A DNA stretch of 49,564 nt from a virus. Lineage: Duplodnaviria; Caudoviricetes. This document shows, piece by piece, positions 8,569 through 17,076 of this stretch (its first letter is position 1; the number at the start of each line of letters is the position of its first letter). The position numbers and the translations under genes were made by a program. Location of the stretch: IMG/VR virus record IMGVR_UViG_3300030430_004527, positions 1 to 49,564 of that record; one strand, 5' to 3'. Under the pieces are notes generated by a model. The model ran no database searches. It was not told the DNA's origin and saw nothing but the letters and a program-made list of their open reading frames with translations.

Positions 8569-10881
8569 TTAGAATATAAAGAAGTTTGATTCTCCATCGG
8601 TATACAAACTTATGGATGATCGAGGAGAAACCAAGGTAATTTCCATTTTACCGTCTATGGTCTGATTTGCTCTTGCTCTTATGATCAATGAGTAGTTTTC
8701 TGCAGATCCGATCTCATCAGTCAAAACAAAGATTTGTCCATTTGCTAAAGAAGATGCATCTGGTAATGTAATCACACCAGATTCAGTCATTTTGAGACCA
8801 ATAAAGTAATCATCTGTCTTCATGTTGTAGCTGGTTGTTATCTCAGTTCTATTTCTAACTTCAATCCCAGGCTGGTTGATTACTTGTATTACATTTCCGT
8901 CTTCATCAACTGATAGGACTTTTGACGAGTGACCATCGGGTACATTAGCCAAGTTTAAGCTAGGAATAAACACTTTACCCGAAGATGGTTCAATAGAAAG
9001 ATCTCCGCTGTCGTTTACATGCATGTCTGCATATGTATGATCAGATAGTCCAAATACCGGCACTGTATTTGTGAGTCTCAGTTGTGCTTCGCTATCTTTG
9101 ATCTCAACCTTTCTGGTGGCGTTATTGGTTCCAACAGCTAACGTTCCTTGTAACTTTGTTGCATTTGCAACATTAAGGTAAGACAAGGTACCAACAGCTG
9201 CGATGTTTGTTTGGTTGGCTGTTGTTAAACGACCAGCAATAACATTTGCGTCTACACTAAAAGTATTTACGGTCGTTGCATCCACAGTGGTTGTGGTTAC
9301 ATTATCGCTAGATATTGTTGTATCGCCATTTACAATGTTGCTAGATGTAATATTGGTAAAGTGTCCTGTTTGTGAAGACACAGAAACGGATGAAGATATT
9401 TGACCAGCATTGTCTAAAATTATATCGCCATTAGAGCCCACTATAAGCTCTCCAAGCACTTTTGTATTGTTACCTATGTCTATACTCGAATTGTTTGTAG
9501 AAATGGCTGTAGAGTCATCTGTGACGCTTACAGATAGGTTTTGAGATCCATTACCAAGCTCTAGTTGATTTGATGTAGATGTTACGCCAAATTTTGCTGT
9601 GGAGTATGATCCAACACCAACTGTTGATGCGGATACAAAAAGAACGTTATTGATCTCGAGATCATTAGGGGTGGACATTGTCTTAGCGTTTACTACAATT
9701 GAGTCTGTTGCTTCATCTCCAAATGTTAGAGTGTCTGCAGATACAGCAAAATCAGTGACTCGAGCCGATAGAGTGCCTGATACAATTAGGTTGCCTGTGA
9801 TCCGTGCATCTCCAGAAACATCTAGTGAGTGCTCTGGTGTAGTAGTGTTGACTCCTACGCGTTGTCCTGTGGGAGTGATAGAAAACATTCCATCTGAATC
9901 TGTCTGTAGATCTGTGTGATGCTTCAGAGGAACGAACAAGAATCCTCCACCGCTGGATAGTTGGTTTGCCCCTAGTGATGATAGTCTTAGTTGTCCTCCG
10001 CCTTCTTTGAACACTTCCATCTTCGCCGCAGGCATGTTTGTACCTACACCTACCCCACCAGTCTTCGCCACGAATGCATTTGTATCTAATTCAATACCTT
10101 GGCTTATAACAGCAAAGTCCATCCCGACAGCGTTGGATGTGCTAACTGAGTTGAAATTAGTCGAAGAGATTGTGGCTTGCGAATTTGTATTTGATATGTT
10201 AACTTCGGATTGTGCGGTTGGTGTTCCCAAGATTACATTTCCGTTCGCATCAACGATCCGTCCTGTGAGAACAATATCTCCAAAAGTAGAATTTGAAACG
10301 ATTGCGGTTGATGAAGATAGTGCTGAAGAAGTTAGGTCATTAGCAATAATTACATCAGACTCTAGTTCGTCAAACAGTCCTATCGTACCACTGACTTGAG
10401 ATGCATCAATTTCAATTGCATTTATATCACCAGAAACATTTAGTATCGCACCATCAAAGGTGAGATTCTCTTCTGCGTTAACCGTGTCTCCAGTAACTGA
10501 AGTGACGATACGGTTGTCTGCGAAGTTTGTCGCATAGTTGATTGGGACACCATCGAGATCTCCACCCCAACCATAATACTTTACAGCGGTAACGTTACCC
10601 GTGATATCTAGAGATCCTGTGAACTGGTGTAGATCGTCTTCTGTGTCTCCAAATATTGATGATCCCGAGACCTCAAAGTTGAAGACTGTTTTCGTTTGGT
10701 TTTGTATTTCAAAGTTATGCGCAATAATATCGCCCGAAACAAGAAGGGCGTTGTCCTGATCGGACCAAAATAGATTTGGATCATGATCTAAACCCGTTGA
10801 TTGTCCTGCAAGCTGAACTGAACCTTTAGGACCGGAGGCTTGGGATCCAACAACATATGCCCATCCAAATTCTCTTGCCAT
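8569..10881 (-). CDS. Fibre-like virion structural protein
   Basis: Repeated VG(V/I)(G/N)T..P...L(D/E)V motifs, SGSSIFGDT.DD.HQFTGS, and a C-terminal ITLP...TIDG domain. Confidence 0.7.
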   Translation of the reverse strand: MAREFGWAYVVGSQASGPKGSVQLAGQSTGLDHDPNLFWSDQDNALLVSGDIIAHNFEIQNQTKTVFNFEVSGSSIFGDTEDDLHQFTGSLDITGNVTAVKYYGWGGDLDGVPINYATNFADNRIVTSVTGDTVNAEENLTFDGAILNVSGDINAIEIDASQVSGTIGLFDELESDVIIANDLTSSALSSSTAIVSNSTFGDIVLTGRIVDANGNVILGTPTAQSEVNISNTNSQATISSTNFNSVSTSNAVGMDFAVISQGIELDTNAFVAKTGGVGVGTNMPAAKMEVFKEGGGQLRLSSLGANQLSSGGGFLFVPLKHHTDLQTDSDGMFSITPTGQRVGVNTTTPEHSLDVSGDARITGNLIVSGTLSARVTDFAVSADTLTFGDEATDSIVVNAKTMSTPNDLEINNVLFVSASTVGVGSYSTAKFGVTSTSNQLELGNGSQNLSVSVTDDSTAISTNNSSIDIGNNTKVLGELIVGSNGDIILDNAGQISSSVSVSSQTGHFTNITSSNIVNGDTTISSDNVTTTTVDATTVNTFSVDANVIAGRLTTANQTNIAAVGTLSYLNVANATKLQGTLAVGTNNATRKVEIKDSEAQLRLTNTVPVFGLSDHTYADMHVNDSGDLSIEPSSGKVFIPSLNLANVPDGHSSKVLSVDEDGNVIQVINQPGIEVRNRTEITTSYNMKTDDYFIGLKMTESGVITLPDASSLANGQIFVLTDEIGSAENYSLIIRARANQTIDGKMEITLVSPRSSISLYTDGESNFFIF

Positions 10882-11960
10882 TACTCATCGATTCCCGGTC
10901 CGGTTAAATCATACATTCTTTCGATGGGCACATTGGTCAAAGAAGCATATACATCAAAGTCTTGATCTGCTCCTGATGCTCTTACGACAATTGCCTTTGT
11001 TTTACATGAGATGCTTATTTCTTCACCAGCTTCGAGTGTAATCACATGATTTCCATTAAATACGTTTGACAAATTAAACCCATCAACGAAAGAGTATGAA
11101 CCTGCCCCTAAAGCAAAATTGTTAGAACCAACCCTGTCACGAATTACGGATGTGGTATCTGGAGTCGCAAAAAATGTTTTATGTGTGTTGTTTTCAAAAG
11201 CCCACCAGCTCACCAAAGTCCCTGTTGTTACATCGAGATCAGACAGTGTCGGGTTTAATGGTCCATAATTGTAAATATTAGCTGCTTCCTGATCTGTTAA
11301 GGCTGCGTTCCACAAGGTTGCCTGGTCGTATCCACCTCTATAAGTAGCAGTGTTGTCGTTTCCAAATTCTATACCAGTAATTCCACCAGTGACGCCAGTT
11401 TTTGTTTCAATTAAATTACCATTTAGGTAAACTTTGTTTGTTCCCGATCCATCACTATTTCCACTTATCAACAAATGGTGCCACTTGTTTACAGTATCGA
11501 TTGTGATTGTTACTCCTGAGCCAAACGCTCCGTTGATATAGAATCTAAGCTCTATCTCAGTGTCTGAATTTTTATGCGCGTGTATGGACATACCATTGTT
11601 GGAACCAAAATTAACGGTGTCAAGATCTACAACTCTTTTTCTGTTACTAGAAGATGTACCGAGTTCCGAAAAATCTATCCAAAAAGAAATAGTAAAATTA
11701 GTTAATTGAGTAAAGGTAGTGTCTATGTGAGAGTTTGTGGTACCACCAAAGTTAATTCCGGTTCTTGGAATTGTACAGAGCCCAAAGAGACACTGCCCAG
11801 AACCAGAAAGGTTTTTAATAGTCAACTTCTTTGTTATATTTGGAAACTCTATAAATTGAGTAGTTCCATCTGCTAAAGCAGTTATTGTCTTCATAAAAGG
11901 CCTACCCGATACTTGAAAAGACCCCATGTTGTTGAGGCCTGTTGTATAATTAAAACTCAT
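10881..11960 (-). CDS. Virion protein with inserted LamG domain
   Basis: FTISFWID...WHHLLI...VYLNG...LWNAALTDQE. The flanks match 11960..12388. Confidence 0.7.
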   Translation of the reverse strand: MSFNYTTGLNNMGSFQVSGRPFMKTITALADGTTQFIEFPNITKKLTIKNLSGSGQCLFGLCTIPRTGINFGGTTNSHIDTTFTQLTNFTISFWIDFSELGTSSSNRKRVVDLDTVNFGSNNGMSIHAHKNSDTEIELRFYINGAFGSGVTITIDTVNKWHHLLISGNSDGSGTNKVYLNGNLIETKTGVTGGITGIEFGNDNTATYRGGYDQATLWNAALTDQEAANIYNYGPLNPTLSDLDVTTGTLVSWWAFENNTHKTFFATPDTTSVIRDRVGSNNFALGAGSYSFVDGFNLSNVFNGNHVITLEAGEEISISCKTKAIVVRASGADQDFDVYASLTNVPIERMYDLTGPGIDE

Positions 11961-12388
11961 TAGGTCGCCACTCCCTCTACGTTATCTAGACTAAACATTC
12001 TCTCTGTTGGAATTGTAGTAAGTTCTGCGTATATTTGAACATCGGGTGCTGACTGTGTCGCTGTAGCATTGTTTGTGCTTGAGATAAAAATCTCTTTACA
12101 CTTCACGTCAAATGTTTGTGAGCCACTCGATGGAATTGTAACAAAATTGCTTTGGTTACTGGCGCCCTTTACGAATGGCGATACACCTGCTTGCAATGGT
12201 GCAAAATGAACACGAATAGCGTGCGCATAGTTTGATTTAACCGTTATTGATTTAGAGACGGATGGAAATTGAAAATTCAATGATGTTGTTTGATCACCCG
12301 GCATGTTAGAACCGCTTAGGTAGGGTTTTCCACTTACTTGGTAAGATCCGACGTGGTTTAGTCCTGCGGTATAAAAATTTGAACTCAT
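11960..12388 (-). CDS. Small virion protein, paralog of 10881..11960 without LamG
   Basis: YTAGLNHVGSYQVSGKP vs YTTGLNNMGSFQVSGRP, and YAELTTIPTERMF vs YASLTNVPIERMY. Confidence 0.7.
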   Translation of the reverse strand: MSSNFYTAGLNHVGSYQVSGKPYLSGSNMPGDQTTSLNFQFPSVSKSITVKSNYAHAIRVHFAPLQAGVSPFVKGASNQSNFVTIPSSGSQTFDVKCKEIFISSTNNATATQSAPDVQIYAELTTIPTERMFSLDNVEGVAT

Positions 12389-12413
12389 AAATCTTTCCTC
12401 TCTCTTTTAGCAC

Positions 12414-12421
12414 TAAATAGT
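12414..12421 (-). promoter_or_regulatory. Putative late-promoter motif ACTATTTA
   Basis: About 26 nt upstream of the 12388 start. Confidence 0.55.
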
Positions 12422-12615
12422 TATTGCTTCTTCTTCTTGAGTTTTGCTCTCCATTTTTTACGAGCGAGCCGCTTTCTCTCTGAGTCGGAAGTGAAGTGTT
12501 TCTTATCTCTCATCTCTTGGATAATTCCAAGTTTCTTGCATTTTTTGGTAAATCTTTTAATAAACCGTTCCATGCTCTCGCCTTTGCGAGGCTTCATCTT
12601 GTAGTTGGTAGCCAT
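12421..12615 (-). CDS. rpsU: Phage-encoded 30S ribosomal protein bS21
   Basis: 64-aa basic protein, GESMERFIKRFTKKCKKLGIIQEMRDKKHFTSDSERKR, matching the bS21 pattern (E..E.ALRRFK.....G...E.R....Y.KPS..R). The ATG overlaps the upstream TAA (TAATG). Confidence 0.88.
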   Translation of the reverse strand: MATNYKMKPRKGESMERFIKRFTKKCKKLGIIQEMRDKKHFTSDSERKRLARKKWRAKLKKKKQ

Positions 12616-13040
12616 TATTTTCCCTTTGCTAATTTTGACCAAATAGCAGAACTTGCTCCGAAAGCGGAGATATCAACTCCGGGATCGTTTGGAGATACAC
12701 CTTCTAAAGCTTTTGAGCCACCATGTCCTGATGAGTGACCGCTTTCTCTGTTAGTCAATGGAGTTGTGCCTTCAAACAAATCAACGCCGTTATAAGAATC
12801 TCGACCGATTGAGTCTAGTATTCTTCTACGTCGTTCTTTTCTTTTGCGTTCTTCTAATTCGTGATCAACTTGTGGTTGTTGATATCTTTGAGGTTGTTGA
12901 GTCTCGACAATACGTTGTCCGCTTGTACCTTTAACAACCTCGGAAATGATTCCTGAGAGTATGCCTTCTTCGAATATAACTTCTTTGATGCATTCTTTGA
13001 TCATAGGTCTCAAAGTTTTCTTAAGCTGTTCTTTATTCAT
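12615..13040 (-). CDS. Hypothetical head-module protein
   Basis: 141-aa ORF. The N-terminus MNKEQLKKTLRPMIKECIKEV resembles the leader family. Confidence 0.7.
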   Translation of the reverse strand: MNKEQLKKTLRPMIKECIKEVIFEEGILSGIISEVVKGTSGQRIVETQQPQRYQQPQVDHELEERKRKERRRRILDSIGRDSYNGVDLFEGTTPLTNRESGHSSGHGGSKALEGVSPNDPGVDISAFGASSAIWSKLAKGK

Positions 13041-13413
13041 TTAAGCCTCTCGTAATTTCAGCCATCCTAGGAACACGCACAGTTGGCTTATTATGTTTTT
13101 CACCTATGTCTTTTGGGAGATATGCTTTTTTTACATCAACTTCGCCTAATTTTTCAGACTCTTTTGTTGCATAAGGAGAATCAGTGTAGGGATAGGCGAA
13201 CACTTTCGCAGAACCATCAGCTCCATACTCCCCAACTCTTAAGACAACTGCGATATCGTCAGGCATCAACCTCACGTATTGCCCATCGGGACTGTTCTTA
13301 ACACTTCGTAGCATCCTTTCAGCTTTTTCCGGAGATACAACATATCTTCCTTCTGTGACAAAGTGAATCTCTTCATTAATTATTTGCTTGAGTTGTTCTT
13401 TTGTTATTTTCAT
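13033..13413 (-). CDS. Leader-family protein (putative capsid-internal cargo)
   Basis: Starts MKITKEQLKQIINEEIHFVTE. Confidence 0.75.
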   Translation of the reverse strand: MKITKEQLKQIINEEIHFVTEGRYVVSPEKAERMLRSVKNSPDGQYVRLMPDDIAVVLRVGEYGADGSAKVFAYPYTDSPYATKESEKLGEVDVKKAYLPKDIGEKHNKPTVRVPRMAEITRGLNE

Positions 13414-13416
13414 TTT

Positions 13417-14037
13417 TTAGTCTCCAAGAATCTTCTTAAATAGATTGTCAATATTATTTTCTTTTTGCTCTCGCAATCTTGTCGAGAACTTAAATGACTT
13501 CTTCGATCCACCAGGATACACGTAAGCATCTGGGGTTGATGGCTCCGACACAATATCAAAGCAGATAAGCTGAAAGTCATCTTCAACAATTGTCTCACCC
13601 GCTGACTCTTTTACTGACCCGAGCCCACGAGATGAAATACCTAGCTTAACACCAGCATTGATAAGATCTTTGAGGATGCGACCAGAAGGAGTGTCGAGAA
13701 CTTTGATCTTTCCCATTACATCTTTGCCTTCCCACCAACAGTCAGTGACCATATGCGATACGTTCTTAAGATTGATAACTGAGTCATCTGGATGGTCAAG
13801 TTCTCCACATGCGCGATTGTCTTTTACGATAGTCATGTAGTTTTCCATTTCTCTCCTAAGAACTTTCTCTGGATACTTGCGACCATTACCATTCTTTTTA
13901 TCGGCAGTTTGAATTCTACCAGTGAGATACATTGCGCCTTCTTCTTTAATCTCGCGCTTTTCTCTCTCACTTAATAGGTCTTGGCACATACCATCTGGGC
14001 ATAGCGCATGGAATTCTCTTAATAATTTTTTAGACAT
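13417..14037 (-). CDS. Prohead core protease, T4 gp21-like
   Basis: KNGNGRKYP, GELDHP, VSH, LDTPSGRILK and GISSRGLGS motifs. Confidence 0.95.
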   Translation of the reverse strand: MSKKLLREFHALCPDGMCQDLLSEREKREIKEEGAMYLTGRIQTADKKNGNGRKYPEKVLRREMENYMTIVKDNRACGELDHPDDSVINLKNVSHMVTDCWWEGKDVMGKIKVLDTPSGRILKDLINAGVKLGISSRGLGSVKESAGETIVEDDFQLICFDIVSEPSTPDAYVYPGGSKKSFKFSTRLREQKENNIDNLFKKILGD

Positions 14038-14046
14038 TTGTTACCC

Positions 14047-14613
14047 CTAAATATATTTTCCTGGAAATAATTCATCCAAGCTTAGTCCGCCAGATTCATC
14101 ATCTATCGCATCATATGATAACTCACCTGCATCTTTTGCTAAACTGATAGCATCCTGAAAGTTAAGTGGCCCATCATAATAAGTTGCTAGATTTTCGGGA
14201 CTACCATCCATGCTATATGTATACACATAGGGATAGTTCCCGTCCTCGTCGATGCCCAATGCCTGAATAGCTTTCAACTTTGCTTGTCCAAGTGCCTCTA
14301 GTGACGGATCTATGTCTCTCGCATATTGCTGTCGGGCTTCTTCTTCGGCTGCATCTTGTGCTGCTCTTTGTTGCATAATCTTCTCAATTTCGGCATCACG
14401 TTCGTTGCTAGAAGAAGAAGGTCCACCATAGCCTCGTTTGTATCCACCACGAGGAAGTGGTTCTAGAGCAGCTCTTCTCTTTTTGGCGGCAGCTCTTCTC
14501 CTTTTAGCGGCAGCTGCTAATCCCATACCGTAAATTAAAGGAGATGATTCGTTAATAACTGCTTCTAGTTCTTCTTTGATAATTTGTCTTATTTGTTCAT
14601 TTGTAATTTTCAT
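14047..14613 (-). CDS. Leader-family protein with basic Ala/Arg patch
   Basis: Starts MKITNEQIRQIIKEELEAVINE and contains AAAAKRRRAAAKKRRAA. GGAG SD. Confidence 0.75.
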   Translation of the reverse strand: MKITNEQIRQIIKEELEAVINESSPLIYGMGLAAAAKRRRAAAKKRRAALEPLPRGGYKRGYGGPSSSSNERDAEIEKIMQQRAAQDAAEEEARQQYARDIDPSLEALGQAKLKAIQALGIDEDGNYPYVYTYSMDGSPENLATYYDGPLNFQDAISLAKDAGELSYDAIDDESGGLSLDELFPGKYI

Positions 14614-14639
14614 TTATATTCTCCAATGCTGTAAAAGGT

Positions 14640-14658
14640 GGGCGGGCGCTACCCGCCC
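14640..14658. other. GC-rich hairpin
   Basis: GGGCGGG-cgcta-CCCGCCC in an AT-rich genome, a few nt after the small-ORF stop and followed by ACCTTTT on the minus strand. Confidence 0.6.
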
Positions 14659-14661
14659 GAT

Positions 14662-14724
14662 CTAGGATCCGCTGCAACAGCGTCGAACTGGTTGCAACAT
14701 CCAGCGCGTACTAATCATCGACAT
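14662..14724 (-). CDS. Candidate 20-aa peptide MSMISTRWMLQPVRRCCSGS
   Basis: ATG preceded by an SD-like GGGGGTGAG. Overlaps the end of 14711..15040 in the +1 frame. Confidence 0.45.
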   Translation of the reverse strand: MSMISTRWMLQPVRRCCSGS

Positions 14725-15040
14725 GCTCACCCCCTGGTCTCGATGATAGCCTTAGTCCAAAATCATCAACTAAGACCGAAATTAAATAACTTGTTCCCGC
14801 AGACAAACATCCAAGCAAGAACGCATTCACAAATGAACGCTCGAAACTAAATAGTTCAGTGTATGGAGAAAGACATGAAATAAAGACCCCAACCCAAAAA
14901 CCCATACATAGAGGGCAATGCCACAGTGTATTCCATTTTTTAGTATAATCCTTTGAAGGTCGAATATCTTCAAAGATCTTTCCGTGTATAATAATAAAAG
15001 TCATGCCGTATGCGACAAGAATAAAATGTAGTGTTTGCAT
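14711..15040 (-). CDS. Small membrane protein with CxxC (DUF1360-like)
   Basis: Three hydrophobic segments and WHCPLCMGFWVG. Confidence 0.65.
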   Translation of the reverse strand: MQTLHFILVAYGMTFIIIHGKIFEDIRPSKDYTKKWNTLWHCPLCMGFWVGVFISCLSPYTELFSFERSFVNAFLLGCLSAGTSYLISVLVDDFGLRLSSRPGGEHVDD

Positions 15041-15739
15041 TTAAAGTCCGCGATATCTTACTCTAAAATCTTCTTTAGATCTGTTTCTCAACATGTTTTC
15101 AAAAGCACTTTTGTTTCTACCTAACGTCTTGATAATAGATTCGTGGTTGGATTTTAATTTTTCATATTGAGTTTTTGCATCTGATAGATTCTTCTTTTTA
15201 AAACTGTGATGAGTCGAAGGTAATTTAAAGGGCATGTCGCAATCGTCATCTGGATCTTCTGTTTGCTCTATATAATCAAACTCGTCATTGCCGTCTTTTG
15301 TTTTTCTTTTCTCGTAATCACTTGATTTTTCAATCTTATTCCATGCTCTAGCTGCTTTGTCTTTGGTGCCCTCTCGATGGTCTGAGGTTAGCCCCTTATC
15401 ATCTTTACCCAGAACATAAAAGGCACAGTCCATTAATAGCTTTTGAAAACCCTGACCCTCGTAATCTTTATGTGTGTGAATTGTATTGACGTGAAATGTC
15501 TCAGGAATACAAGGTTCGCTAATAGCTGTTTGTGTATTCTCAAATGAAATTGCGCCTACTATAACTGTGTCCAAAAATAATCGACTAGTTTCAATAGCCT
15601 CTTTCGAAGCTGGCTTGTAAATGACTATTCTTTGATAGTTTTTTCCATCGCCGCTGTGATATAAACACAACCCTTCTGAGTTTGCGTTTTCATTCAAAAG
15701 AAACTTTCTAAAATTTTTATGTAGTTTGAAAGATTTCAT
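15041..15739 (-). CDS. GNAT-like acetyltransferase with N-terminal leader
   Basis: HKDYEGQGFQKLLMD is a motif-A-like loop. Starts MKSFKLHKNFRKFLLNE. Confidence 0.6.
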   Translation of the reverse strand: MKSFKLHKNFRKFLLNENANSEGLCLYHSGDGKNYQRIVIYKPASKEAIETSRLFLDTVIVGAISFENTQTAISEPCIPETFHVNTIHTHKDYEGQGFQKLLMDCAFYVLGKDDKGLTSDHREGTKDKAARAWNKIEKSSDYEKRKTKDGNDEFDYIEQTEDPDDDCDMPFKLPSTHHSFKKKNLSDAKTQYEKLKSNHESIIKTLGRNKSAFENMLRNRSKEDFRVRYRGL

Positions 15740-15740
15740 A

Positions 15741-16454
15741 TTAGTAACTCGCCATATCATATTCATCACTAAAAAGATCATTTGATTGACTTTTAAGGTT
15801 TTTTAAGAATCTTTGCACTGCTGAAGGATCACCGATGCTATCTAAATAGTCCATGTGATTAGCTTCAAGTTTCATTAGTACATCGTGAGTATCTCCAGTA
15901 TCTTTCTTGATAAAAGAATGATCTGTTGCATTTGAATCAGGTTGAAAAATATCTAAACTGCAATCATCATCTGGATCGTCAGGGGTGTCGTTGTAATAAT
16001 CAAACTTTTCATTACCAGCTTTTGTTTTTTGCTTCTCGTAGTTTGGATCCGATTCTATCTTAGACCATCTGTTTCTAGCACCACTCTTGGATCCGGTCTC
16101 TCGGTCTGATGTTAATCCATATCCCATAGACTGTGCGATGAAAAAAGCTAAATCATACAAAAGAGGACCAAGCCCCATTCCGGCGAAAGCAGAATCTCTA
16201 TAAGATGTTCCGACTTGCAATGTTTTGGGTATACAAGGATCTTCGGTCTCAATACATTCCACGCCGCCAATGACTCTAGCAAGTTTTCTGCTCCGAGGTT
16301 TTTCATCTAAAATATAAAGAATTATTTTAAACTCGGGTGAGTTTCTAGAATAGAAAAACATGTGGATTGGTTTTCCTTCAATTTGTGTTACGGATCCTCG
16401 AGACTCCTTGAGAAACTTTCTCCAACCTTCAATTATTAGCTTGTGGCTACTCAT
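15741..16454 (-). CDS. GNAT-like acetyltransferase with N-terminal leader (paralog of 15041..15739)
   Basis: DSAFAGMGLGPLLYD motif. Starts MSSHKLIIEGWRKFLKE (start moved to ATG 16454). Confidence 0.6.
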   Translation of the reverse strand: MSSHKLIIEGWRKFLKESRGSVTQIEGKPIHMFFYSRNSPEFKIILYILDEKPRSRKLARVIGGVECIETEDPCIPKTLQVGTSYRDSAFAGMGLGPLLYDLAFFIAQSMGYGLTSDRETGSKSGARNRWSKIESDPNYEKQKTKAGNEKFDYYNDTPDDPDDDCSLDIFQPDSNATDHSFIKKDTGDTHDVLMKLEANHMDYLDSIGDPSAVQRFLKNLKSQSNDLFSDEYDMASY

Positions 16455-17076
16455 AGGTATATCTTCCATATAAATACGGTGCAAACAAACTATTGGGTCT
16501 AATCGAGCCCTTCTCTTCTTCGTGTGGTACTTCTCCAAGTTCTGTGGAGAACTCTCCGTCTGGAGAGAGCAGGTGGTCATCTTGAACATCATCGTAGCCT
16601 GTCCTACCAGACATCATTGGCTCTTCTGATTCCATCCACTCTGAAATTTTCATTAGTGTTATTTCAACAGTCTTCTTGCCTTCTTGGAGCTTGCCTTCCA
16701 AAGATCCATAGATATTGCCTCCTTGAATAGAATCAATCTCAATCAATCCATTTCTCCTTAAGTATTCAAGCAATCTAGCCTCTGCTCCGTATACCAAGTC
16801 AGACAAAGTTTCTTTAGCAAATGCTACAATCTTTTTGTCGCCTTGTTTGATAACAATATCAATGTCTTTGTGATCAAGGATCATCAAGTCACCATTGATA
16901 GAAGAGCGTAGTTTTAACTTTGCTTCAATTTTATCTTTTTCAACAACCTCAATCTTTACGCCGCCTTCTTCTTCGGGCAAACCTTCAGAATCTGCTTTTG
17001 TAATCTTTACCTTAATTGTTGATGGTTCGGTTTCTTCAACTTCTTCGTCACCAGTTATCGTAACATTAATCGGCAT
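16447..17076 (-). CDS. Acidic hypothetical protein (head module)
   Basis: 209-aa ORF overlapping both neighbours. Confidence 0.7.
   Translation of the reverse strand: MPINVTITGDEEVEETEPSTIKVKITKADSEGLPEEEGGVKIEVVEKDKIEAKLKLRSSINGDLMILDHKDIDIVIKQGDKKIVAFAKETLSDLVYGAEARLLEYLRRNGLIEIDSIQGGNIYGSLEGKLQEGKKTVEITLMKISEWMESEEPMMSGRTGYDDVQDDHLLSPDGEFSTELGEVPHEEEKGSIRPNSLFAPYLYGRYTYE

Noticed and set aside
4810-10881. Diversity-generating retroelement acting on fibre genes
   Set aside because: There is no reverse transcriptase in the window, and the repeats differ mainly at synonymous positions rather than specifically at adenines.
15740-16592. Longer starts given in the ORF track (e.g. 15781, 16592, 23301, 23732, 12642, 30940, 32339)
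   Set aside because: They overlap upstream genes or promoters. Downstream ATGs have SDs or stop/start coupling.
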